42,891 nucleotides of DNA. Origin: Acidobacteriaceae bacterium (GTDB lineage: Bacteria > Acidobacteriota > Terriglobia > Terriglobales > Acidobacteriaceae). The DNA lies in the NCBI GenBank assembly GCA_003135315.1, contig PLBD01000467.1, forward strand, positions 8,120 to 51,010. Reading direction: 5' to 3'. The notes beneath the pieces were generated by a model that saw only the letters and a list, made by a program, of their open reading frames with translations, was not told where the DNA came from and ran no database searches. The translations under genes were made by a program, and so were the position numbers. The first letter of the stretch is position 1. Every line of letters begins with the position of its first letter. Below, one piece after another: positions 1 to 8,800 of the stretch.

Positions 1-1
1 T

Positions 2-1564
2 GTACCCATGATTCGGTAGCCCGCCGTTGTTCATTGTGGTCATGAACCCGGTCGGCAATTCACTCCGCGGCCAAAAATCGGAGAGATCTTTGTCCTTGCG
101 CGCGTCCCATTCATGCAAGGCAGCATCGAACGCCGCAGTTTCTGCCGGCTTGAAGAACCTTCCGCCGTATGGTTTCCTTTCTTGGGCACACGACGGGCAG
201 TATCCTTGTATCGCGTAGGCAGCCACGGGGCCCGTCTTTCCCAAGTGCCTCACGGCCTCGAGGACGTCCTGCACTCGTCCACACGTGGAGCCCTGGCATG
301 TGAAATGAGACTTCTTAGGAACCGTTCCTTTATTTGTCTCGAACGAAACTCCGGTCTCAGGACACGTGACCCGCTCAGGAAGTTTGCCTCGAACCTCTAT
401 GAGACGCGTCGTTTTCGCGCGCTCGGCATTCCACGCGACCGTTGCCTCCGGTAAATCGGTCGCGCTGCCTCCGAACAGTGCTCCGTTCCTAGATTTGGCA
501 GGCGAGCCCAAGAGAAACGACGGGTGCAAGAGCAGCGTGAGATCAACCTTCTTGTTCTTGCGTTTCTTGAGGTCGAGGGGCATTAGTTGTCGGTGTTGGC
601 AGTGCGGACAACGAACGCCGCTTCTCTTGTCGAGTACGGCGAAGGCCCTTTCGCTATCCGCGATCACCAAGGGAATACCCGGGGCCATACGAGCTTCCGC
701 ATCCTCCACGTCGAAGTGCTTGCGACACTTCTCGCAGCGCTGTTTCTCCCATGCTTTTACCGAGAGCGTCTTCACAGCCACGACGGGCGTCGACATGATT
801 GGAGTTCTGTGCCCGCAGCCTGTTACCTGACAAGGCCCGTGCTTGGCCCAGAAGACGTAGATGATCTCCGGGCCCTCGTAGCGATAAGACTGACGCTCCA
901 CTAGCGAGACTGAAAGCGGATCGAAGCCCGAGCCCATCTTTTTGCCTGTTGGAACGTGCGTCCATGAACCCTTGTGTCCCCGCGGACAATCACAGGCATA
1001 ATACGGGGCGATCGCCGGCCTCACTTCGCCGTCGACTTCGGCAAGCAACGCCTTGACCTCGTCCGGTGTCACCTTGGAGAACTCGTTCTTCACGACGAGC
1101 CAAGCGATTGGGTTTAGATCTGTTCCCCACATCTTCATTCCGAGCCGAGAGCCTTCAACGAGCGTCGTGCCGCCTCCCATGAAGATGTCGGCCACCCTCA
1201 GGTGTGCGAATGCCGCTTTCTTCTGATGATTGGCGTAAAAGAGATCCCAGACAGTCTTAGCGGCCTGCGCGGGATCAGCGGGAGCCTTGGCGCTTGCACC
1301 TATGAGGATTGAACGGAAGACGGTCGAGCGTCTGCGCGCCCACCATTTAGACATTTGATAGATCGGTTTGCCGGCGTTGCCTTCGATCGTCGCGACTTGG
1401 TTCACAGGGAGGATCGGGAAGTCCACCTCGAGGCATGTTCTCGGACGCGCGGGGTCAGCGAAGTCGACGGTTTCTACGGCAGTAGTCTTCCCCGCGCCGA
1501 CGGCGCGTGCGATATCGTCCTCGATCCCGGTCTTCCGGCGGTTCCCCGAATTCGCCTTAGCCAT
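2..1564 (-). CDS. DNA methyltransferase of the DUF1156 / COG1743 type (Zn-ribbon containing, PglXI-like); C-terminus lies beyond the left window edge
   Basis: Not in the ORF track because no stop falls inside the window. My reverse-strand translation from ATG 1564 stays open to position 2 (MAKANSGNRRKTGIEDD...). It has the DUF1156 hallmark IYQMSKWWARRRSTVF and a SAM motif-I region VADIFMGGGTTLVEGSRLGMKMWGTDLNPIAW. Several Cys pairs are present (CDCPRGH..CQVTGCGH; CEKCRKH..CPHCQH; CPETG..CQGSTCG; CPSCAQE). The ATG lies 8 nt after the stop of the upstream PglZ gene. Confidence 0.85.
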   Translation of the reverse strand, partial: MAKANSGNRRKTGIEDDIARAVGAGKTTAVETVDFADPARPRTCLEVDFPILPVNQVATIEGNAGKPIYQMSKWWARRRSTVFRSILIGASAKAPADPAQAAKTVWDLFYANHQKKAAFAHLRVADIFMGGGTTLVEGSRLGMKMWGTDLNPIAWLVVKNEFSKVTPDEVKALLAEVDGEVRPAIAPYYACDCPRGHKGSWTHVPTGKKMGSGFDPLSVSLVERQSYRYEGPEIIYVFWAKHGPCQVTGCGHRTPIMSTPVVAVKTLSVKAWEKQRCEKCRKHFDVEDAEARMAPGIPLVIADSERAFAVLDKRSGVRCPHCQHRQLMPLDLKKRKNKKVDLTLLLHPSFLLGSPAKSRNGALFGGSATDLPEATVAWNAERAKTTRLIEVRGKLPERVTCPETGVSFETNKGTVPKKSHFTCQGSTCGRVQDVLEAVRHLGKTGPVAAYAIQGYCPSCAQERKPYGGRFFKPAETAAFDAALHEWDARKDKDLSDFWPRSELPTGFMTTMNNGGLPNHGY

Positions 1565-1572
1565 TTCTGATC

Positions 1573-2568
1573 TCACTCCGTCCGCGAAAGCTCGATGAAG
1601 GGCGAGGCGACCTCGAGAACGGTAAGTCCGCCATGCGTCAGTGTTGGATAGCCGCCCTGGCTCTTCCACTTCCGCCGTCCGAGGGCAAACTGTGTGATGC
1701 CGTGCTTCGTCATCAGCTCGAGCTGCACGGGTGGGACCCACGGAGACTCGTCTCTCTCCCCATAAGCAAACCGCCCCGACTTGAACACTTCCTTTAGAAA
1801 CCTGGCTTGATCATCCGGCGCGTCCGCAAAGAGTCCAGTTGCCGCGTAGCCATGGTCCGATGTGATGACGAGACGCCGTCCCGTACACATTCGGTCCACG
1901 AGCGACCAGAAGTCGTCGCTGGTCAGTTCTTTCGCGACTTCGACTGTGAGCCTCTCTAGACCCTGTCCCGCCGCCGCCAAATCGTGCACGCGGTTGTCCG
2001 GCCAGTGATGCCAGAGCACCCAATCCGGTTTGGTGTCGATCACCTTGGCTGCGTCGGCCCAAGGGATGCCGAGCGTCTCCGTTCGGGCCTTCTTCAGCCT
2101 GTGCGAGGATCCCGCACCATTGTTCTCGAGTGCCGCGCGGCCGGCGAATCCAAGTGCTCGTGCAAACGAAGACGTTTCACCCGGAAGCTCCGATGCAGTT
2201 GCGTACGAGGCGTGGAGCTTGTAGCCGCGTTTCTCTGCCTCCTTTAGAAGCCACGGAACCTCTCGCAGTGAGAGCCCATCGAGGATTAGGACCGCGCGGC
2301 CGGAGTTTCTTCCAGCCCACCACGAGGCCAACGTCTCTGCCGTCGTTGGGGCACTGGCATTGAATTCCTTCCACAGATCCCAGCCAGCGGCTGCCAGAAA
2401 CAAGTCGAGTGCAGCTGTCTCTCGATCGCGCGTTGTAACTTCACCTGGCGCCGCCTTCGGTGTCACCGGTGGGCTGCATATTTCCCAAGCGTGCTGGAAG
2501 ATCGCGCGCCATGCCTCTCTCGCCGTCGCGGTGGCTAGCGTCCGTGTTAGGGAAAGGGAGAGTCCCAT
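1573..2568 (-). CDS. pglZ: Minimal stand-alone PglZ-domain protein (alkaline phosphatase superfamily), 331 aa
   Basis: Track ORF. PglZ-type motifs occur in the expected order: AVLILDGLSLREVPWL, ELPGETSSFARAL, LVITSDHGYA, LTHGGLTVLEVASPF. ATG 2566-2568 directly abuts the TAG stop (2569-2571) of the upstream ATPase gene. Confidence 0.75.
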   Translation of the reverse strand: MGLSLSLTRTLATATAREAWRAIFQHAWEICSPPVTPKAAPGEVTTRDRETAALDLFLAAAGWDLWKEFNASAPTTAETLASWWAGRNSGRAVLILDGLSLREVPWLLKEAEKRGYKLHASYATASELPGETSSFARALGFAGRAALENNGAGSSHRLKKARTETLGIPWADAAKVIDTKPDWVLWHHWPDNRVHDLAAAGQGLERLTVEVAKELTSDDFWSLVDRMCTGRRLVITSDHGYAATGLFADAPDDQARFLKEVFKSGRFAYGERDESPWVPPVQLELMTKHGITQFALGRRKWKSQGGYPTLTHGGLTVLEVASPFIELSRTE

Positions 2569-5286
2569 CTACCCTTCGTCCTTCTTTAGGTTGAGCTCGT
2601 ATGTCAGCCCGTCCGGTAGCGCGCGCAGAACCTTCTGAAGCTGGGCGCCTGTTGATGCAGTGACCCTCAGGTTCACTTCGCGGACGGTGGTGCCCGGTCC
2701 GATACCCCACGCTTCGACTTTGCCAATGAGGTTCAGCGCTGAGGTCGCGGGGGCTGATAGCTCGACGACGTTGTTCGCTGCAACCGGTGGTCCTCCGAAG
2801 ATCGTTGCCCCCCCGATCGGATCAGCGGGAACCGGAACACCGCCGGGCTGAGTACCAGCCGACGGAGCCGGTGGTTGGAACAGCCCCACGCTCGAAGGAG
2901 CTTGACCTCCAGAGGTTGGCTGCGTCGCCAGGCCGTGCGCCTGCGGAACGGCCTGCGGAAGGAGAAGGTACGTCTCATCGAGATGCTTCCCGGTGCCGAG
3001 TCGGCCTCGCATCCGTATCCAGACAGATTCTTCGTCCTCACCCGGAGATGCCTGCAGGTATTCCATCCCACGAAGGTTGACGGCGATCTGCCCGCGGGCG
3101 CACATTCTAATGATCTTCTCCTTCATCGAGGTTTCGCCGAGCCATGGGATGCAATCCTCCTCATTCGGCCTCGGCTCTTGCAGCTCGCGAAGAACCTTCC
3201 CAACGGACTCATTGCTACCCGCCGCTGCGAGGACCAAAGCTTCGAAATCCTCTGGAACGAAGATATCGCTCTTGAGACACTCTTCAATGGCTTCGGGAAT
3301 CTTGCTGCCTTGCGCGGTCAGATTCTCGACGTGGAACTTGCAGCGCGTTGGGTCGGTGAAGCTCCATGTCCGAAGAACGGCGAACCGATCAAAGCGCTGT
3401 CTGATGATCGAACGCAGCTCCGTCTGGTACTTCGTCTGAAGCTTGCCGTACTCGGGATCCTGCGCGCGCCATTCCTGGGCTTTCAGAATAGCTCTCGCGA
3501 GCACGAGGAGATCCCGATCGTTGTACGCGTTGGTGCCGCCCGTGTGTGGCAGCAAGAAGCGGACGATGTTGCGTCGTCGTTGAAGTTGGTCCTTGAGCCA
3601 ACGACCGAGCTGTGCGTGCAGCTTGTCTGGCTCCTCGGGAAGAACCAGAATCGGGATCCGATCGTCCCATCGATCAGGCTGTTCCGAATCTTCGAGCCCC
3701 TTCCATGGTACCGTGGTCCACGCTGGCGGAAGCACGATAACGCGAAACGCCTTCGCTACGTCCTCGGTGCCTGAGAGAACGTATCGAATCTCGCGTCCAA
3801 GCTGAGCTCCGTCTGAACCATCCGTGAAAAGGCGATCGTTCCGCGCAAACGCCATGAGCTTTGCCTGCGGGTTCTCTTCCTCACGAAAGACGAGCCGCTC
3901 GCCGTCGGGATGGATGTTGAAGCTGTTGTCCGCAATCAGGGCGAGCTCGACCTGGAAGGCATTGTCGTCGATCGGTTTGCTTCGGGTGATGTCGACGTGA
4001 AGCATTTGCGGGCCGGCACCGGCATGATTGCCCACGGCCAGCGATCGGAGCCAGAGCGCCCCGACGATTTCGGAGAGGTGTGGAACCTCGGTGTCGGGCG
4101 ATTTGACGGCTTCGGCTACTGCTGTGAGGTTGCGCTGCGCCTTCTCTCGCAGAGTCGCATGGTGCTGGTTGGCAACCGAGTCCAGGAGCGCAGCGATCCC
4201 ACTCGACTCATCGTCAAGACGGAAGTCGGCCGCGGTGAGCACTGGCACCACTGCTCCACGACTCTTAAAGAGGTCTGCGAGGATCCGAATCAAATCGCGC
4301 GTCTCCTGTGCGTCCGTCGCGACCAGCACCTGGTCCTCCAGGAGTTGCATAAGGTGCGGCGCAAACGGCCACATCTCCAAGAAGTCGCGCCGCTTGCGAT
4401 CGTGGTCGGTGGGTGCGACGTCCATAAGGCGGAGGTACTCAGATACGTGCGCGGCTGTGAGCCCTTCGATGTCCGCCTGAGGGACCTGCGTGCGGTTCTC
4501 GAATAGGCGGTGGAGGAGGAGCCGGCGACGATCGCGCTCCGCGCTGGGGCCCTTGAAGTCGACTAGAACCGGGTTAACGCGATGGATCTGTTGATAGGCG
4601 TCCGTAGCGCCGTTCCGCACCGACACCACAAGAACAAGCAGCTCCGGATGCTCCTTCGCGATCTCCGACAAAATCTGAACGAAGTTGAAGGCCCAGTGCT
4701 TCCACGGGTACTGCTTCGTATTTGTTAGGCCGTCAAACCAAGTTTGGAATTCGTCTAGGAGGAGGGCAACGGGTTGCTTGTGAAGGAGCTCGAGTATGAG
4801 CGAGTCAGGCGGAATGTCAGTCTTCCGATCGCCAAGCCCCTCCCACTTTCCGCGAATGAACTGGCCGTGCGGATGCTGCTCAAAGAGTAGATCCCAGAGG
4901 AACTTGTAACGTTGGCGATGGAGGCTCTCGCTGATTACCATCATTCCGGTGCGGAGGGGCAGGCTGGCGATCTTTGGGACTTGAAGTCGATCCGCCCACG
5001 TCTCGAGCCACGATCTCGTGGCGTTCGCGTCCGTCAAAGTGTGATAGAGGGCGGCGAGCAAGTGCGACTTGCCTTGCCCTCGCTCACCGATCATCACCAG
5101 CGGTCGTCCCTGATCCGGCCCGACGGCTTCGATGGCCTTGAGCAAATCATGTGATGGGTAGGTAATCTCGAGGAACTCCGAGGCCGGAATCTGCGTTGCA
5201 CCGGTGTGCTTTTCGTTGGCCAATTCAATGGCCGTGCCCTTCAGGCGCTTGCCTTGGAATTCCTTGCGTAGCGTCAGGCCGAGCAT
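2569..5286 (-). CDS. DUF499 / COG1483 P-loop ATPase (BrxC/PglY-like), 905 aa
   Basis: Track ORF. Walker A is MIGERGQGKSHLLAALYH and Walker B is VALLLDEFQTW. A Pro/Gly-rich linker precedes a small C-terminal domain. The gene is tightly packed between the HTH gene (4-nt gap) and the PglZ gene (0-nt gap). Confidence 0.8.
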   Translation of the reverse strand: MLGLTLRKEFQGKRLKGTAIELANEKHTGATQIPASEFLEITYPSHDLLKAIEAVGPDQGRPLVMIGERGQGKSHLLAALYHTLTDANATRSWLETWADRLQVPKIASLPLRTGMMVISESLHRQRYKFLWDLLFEQHPHGQFIRGKWEGLGDRKTDIPPDSLILELLHKQPVALLLDEFQTWFDGLTNTKQYPWKHWAFNFVQILSEIAKEHPELLVLVVSVRNGATDAYQQIHRVNPVLVDFKGPSAERDRRRLLLHRLFENRTQVPQADIEGLTAAHVSEYLRLMDVAPTDHDRKRRDFLEMWPFAPHLMQLLEDQVLVATDAQETRDLIRILADLFKSRGAVVPVLTAADFRLDDESSGIAALLDSVANQHHATLREKAQRNLTAVAEAVKSPDTEVPHLSEIVGALWLRSLAVGNHAGAGPQMLHVDITRSKPIDDNAFQVELALIADNSFNIHPDGERLVFREEENPQAKLMAFARNDRLFTDGSDGAQLGREIRYVLSGTEDVAKAFRVIVLPPAWTTVPWKGLEDSEQPDRWDDRIPILVLPEEPDKLHAQLGRWLKDQLQRRRNIVRFLLPHTGGTNAYNDRDLLVLARAILKAQEWRAQDPEYGKLQTKYQTELRSIIRQRFDRFAVLRTWSFTDPTRCKFHVENLTAQGSKIPEAIEECLKSDIFVPEDFEALVLAAAGSNESVGKVLRELQEPRPNEEDCIPWLGETSMKEKIIRMCARGQIAVNLRGMEYLQASPGEDEESVWIRMRGRLGTGKHLDETYLLLPQAVPQAHGLATQPTSGGQAPSSVGLFQPPAPSAGTQPGGVPVPADPIGGATIFGGPPVAANNVVELSAPATSALNLIGKVEAWGIGPGTTVREVNLRVTASTGAQLQKVLRALPDGLTYELNLKKDEG

Positions 5287-5290
5287 GCGG

Positions 5291-5521
5291 CTATCTCCTC
5301 GTCAAGCTGGACCGTGACTTAGGGACGGCTGCCTGCGCTGGTTCCGCCTCTGCGACGGTCCGCTCCGTGATCCACATATCGAGCTCGGCGCGCCTGAATC
5401 GCCACGTGCCCCCGACTTTGAAGGCCGGCATTTGCCTCTCGGAGAGCAAGCGATAGATCGTTCGCTCCGTTACCTTCAGGTAGTCCGCGACCTCCCTTAG
5501 GGTGAAGATCTCCGTGCTCAT
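5291..5521 (-). CDS. Excisionase/MerR-type helix-turn-helix (HTH_17) DNA-binding protein, first gene of the defence operon
   Basis: MSTEIFTLREVADYLKVTERTIYRLLSERQMPAFKVGGTWRFRRAELDMWI is a classic HTH_17 pattern. I prefer ATG 5521, which has GAGGA 5 nt upstream; the track ORF starts at 5539. Confidence 0.75.
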   Translation of the reverse strand: MSTEIFTLREVADYLKVTERTIYRLLSERQMPAFKVGGTWRFRRAELDMWITERTVAEAEPAQAAVPKSRSSLTRR

Positions 5522-5538
5522 CGACGTCCTCATGCGCA

Positions 5539-5557
5539 TGTCGAGTGGTGCTCGACA
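5539..5557. promoter_or_regulatory. 7-bp-stem inverted repeat (TGTCGAG-TGGTG-CTCGACA) in the 5' leader of the HTH gene
   Basis: Read directly from the sequence. It sits 18 nt upstream of the preferred ATG 5521, next to the RBS. It could be an operator or an RBS-occluding hairpin. Confidence 0.35.
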
Positions 5558-5747
5558 GACTACGGTAAAACTTTCAGGACTTCTAGCTAGAATGGCTAAG
5601 GGATTCAGGATATTTCATCGAATGTGCCCGTCGATTCCTTGCGTCGCAAACGCAAGCCGATGGTGGTGGGCCCGCTGTTCAACTGATTGCCTAAGATTGA
5701 GGCACGACCGCATCAGCTCGAAAGGGCCCGGACGGCACGCGGTGCTT

Positions 5748-5757
5748 ATGCATGCAT
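5748..5757. promoter_or_regulatory. Perfect 10-bp palindrome ATGCATGCAT in the divergent intergenic region
   Basis: Read directly. It lies between the divergent HTH operon and the helicase gene, 78 nt upstream of ATG 5835. Function unknown. Confidence 0.25.
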
Positions 5758-5834
5758 GCGTCTCTTAGGAAGTGCAACATGGCGCTCGATTTGCTTCAAC
5801 AGGCCCGCCTTGCATCTAGAGAAGGAGCGCCCTA

Positions 5835-8800
5835 ATGCCCACACATCTCACAGCCCGGCTCGCTTGGCACACGGACGGCTGGAACGGATCCATTTGCCAT
5901 GCCCCGGAGAAGAATACCTACTGTGTCGGCTGCAAATCCTTTCCCGGCGATGTCATCGCTCGCGAACGCGACCTCAAGAAGGAACAGCTTCTCGCGGGCC
6001 GCTCGGGCGACAAGCTCGAGGGCTACGTTCCTCCATGCGGCTATAGTTACAACGCCTTCGGTCTCAACGAGGCTCCGGCCGCTTCGAACCCGCCGGACTT
6101 CTTTTTTGGCGGCGCGACGCGCCATGAGTGGCAGCTCCCGCCGGCTACCGTCAGTGTGTGGCCCTACGAGGCCATGTACGCGGAAGAAGTCAAGGCGGAG
6201 GGCTTCCTCGACAATGATCGCCGCCGCGCTTTGACGCTCGAGTTCTTTAAGCCCATCCAGGAAGACTGCGGCAAGAATCTCATTTTCTACTACGCCAACT
6301 ATTCGAACCCCCTCTCGGAAGACGAAGCGCCGCGTTACGTGCTCCTCGGCGTTTCCCGCATCATCAAGACGGGACCGGAGCTCTTCTACGAAAACGTGTC
6401 CCCCGAGGTCGCAAGAAAATATGCCGGCGGAATGATCTGGGCCCGCAACATCTCATCGGCTTACCCTGACGAAGGGGTTCGGCTCCCCTATCACCGCTAC
6501 GCTGGCGATCCCGACAGCCTGGCACGGATCGCTCTTTTTCCTGAAAATCCGCTGCTCTGCAAGTACGGCTCAAAGCACCTCACCGACGACGAAGCGATCG
6601 GGCTCCTCGAGCAGTTTCTCGCCAAGATTCGCCTGTTGCGCGACCTCGGCGACATGACGGAGGACTGGAGCGTTCGGGAGAGCTGGCTGCTCAAGGTCAT
6701 TGCGGGCCTCTGGACGCAGCGCGGCCTTTATCCCGGGCTTCTCAAGGCGCTCGATGTCGCGGGCGCCAGTCTCTTCGTCGACCGGGTCAAGGCTCTCTGT
6801 GCCGAAGTGGGTCACACCGCAGCGCATACGGCGGCCTTCGAGGTCCTCGAAGCAGGCCGCGACAACGCCCTTACAAAAGGTTTGGAACCTTCGGCCGCCA
6901 AGAAGATTGCCCGTAACTGGAGGCTGTTGGACGACGGTGCGCGGCTGCTCCTGCGTGATGTCCTACCGAGGCTTGATCTTCCTGCCGATGTGATGCAGGA
7001 AATCGTCTCGAAGGAGCGTGCCGATTGCGGGCTGACCGTATCGGCGGAGGAAATTGCGGGAAATCCCTATCTGATTGCCGAGCTCTATTGTGGGGTGGAC
7101 TCCAGTGATCGGATTTCCTGGAGCACTATCGACCGCGGCGTTTTGCCTTCCCCAGACCTCGGCGGCACACATCTGGCCGATGTGGAGTTTAATGACGCGC
7201 GGCGATTTCGCTCCCTGTGCGTTGAACATTTACGCACTGAACCAAAACACACCTTCCGGCTGGCGCGAGATCTCATTGTCGAGATCGCCGAGCGAATGTC
7301 CAGGCTTCCGGCATGGAAGCAGGCGGAGTTTACGGAGCGCTACTTTGATGTTGACGCGGATTTCCTGTCGGCAGCCCTAACCCTGCGTACCATTGAACCC
7401 AACTTGGCGATCTACCTGAAGTCTGTGTTCGAAGATGAACGAAACCTTGAGGGCACGCTTCGCGACCTGGCATCGCGGCCGGATATAACCTTACGTCGGC
7501 CGGTGACCGAGGCTGACTGGTTGTCGTGGGTATTCAAGTCTGACAGTCCGCTCGCCCTGAATGCGGGCGCGGAATATGCCGAGGCGACAAAGGAACAATC
7601 GGAGATCTGTTACCGCCTGTTCAACCGTCCGCTCAGCGTCGTAACGGGGCCAGCCGGAACAGGAAAGACAACCGTTATCGAGGCACTGATCCGCGCCGTG
7701 CGGCGCTCCGAAGGGGACGCCGCCGCCGTATTGGTGCTGGCTCCGACCGGAAAAGCAGCGGATCGCGCGCGTGAAGTTTTCGAAAAATCGTCGCTTCAGC
7801 GCGTGGAGACCGTAACGGTGCATTCGTTCCTCGCCTCGAATGGATGGTTGAACGAGAATCTTACGTTCAAGCGTGGGGGCGGAACGCGCGCCGAAGTGGG
7901 CACGCTCGTCCTCGACGAAGCTTCGATGTTGGACCTCGAGCTTGCGGCGGCCCTCTTCCGTTCAGTTGACTCGCAGCATATTCGGCGGCTGATCTTGGTC
8001 GGTGACCCCGGCCAGCTTCCGCCGATTGGACGAGGCCGCGTCTTTGCCGACGTGATCAAATGGCTGTCAACAGACCATCCCGAGAGCCTTGGCCGCCTCC
8101 GGCGCAATCTCCGTCAATTGCTGAACAAGGTACGAGGCGAAGGCACGGCTATCGTCTCAATGTCTGAACTGTTCCTTTTCGATGACGACGACAAGGGCGT
8201 TGGCGGCACCGACGCCGCCACTCGGGCCGACCAGGAAGACCTCATCGCGCGTATTCACGCTGGAGGCACGGTGGACCGCGACCTCGACGTCATTTACTGG
8301 AACGAGCCAGAAGAGCTCGCCCGCACGCTCATTGAAGCCGCCGAAGCCCGAATGAGCAAGGGGAAGCCCGTCGACGGAAAGCAGCCCTATCAGATTTGGC
8401 GCGAAGCCCTTGACGGCGATCCGATGGCATTCCAGATTCTGACGCCTCACCGCGGTGAGTTGCACGGCGTTGAAGCGATCAACGAGGCCTGCCAGGATCG
8501 CATCGCAGGATTCGTGCTTGGAAGGATCGGCGCCGTCGACGGAATAACGCTCTTCGACAAAGTCATTCAAGTGCGTAATCGGCCCAAATCGAATCCGATA
8601 TGGGCCTACGATTGGAAGCGCCGCGAGAACATTAGAGTCGAAACCTTCAATGGCGAGATCGGTATAGTTGGGACCTTTCCATTCGATAAGAAGATCTGGA
8701 CCACTTTGAAGACGGGATACGGACCACGTCTCAAGCGCTTCACGGTCCAGTTTACCCGCAAGCCGAACATCACCGTGGGTTACGGGCGCGGCGTGCCCGC

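Noticed and set aside
2875-3774. 299-aa plus-strand ORF (and 3910..4506, 4028..4480) inside the DUF499 ATPase gene
   Set aside because: These are antisense shadow ORFs typical of GC-rich DNA. They have no recognisable motifs, and the opposite strand carries a motif-rich 905-aa protein.
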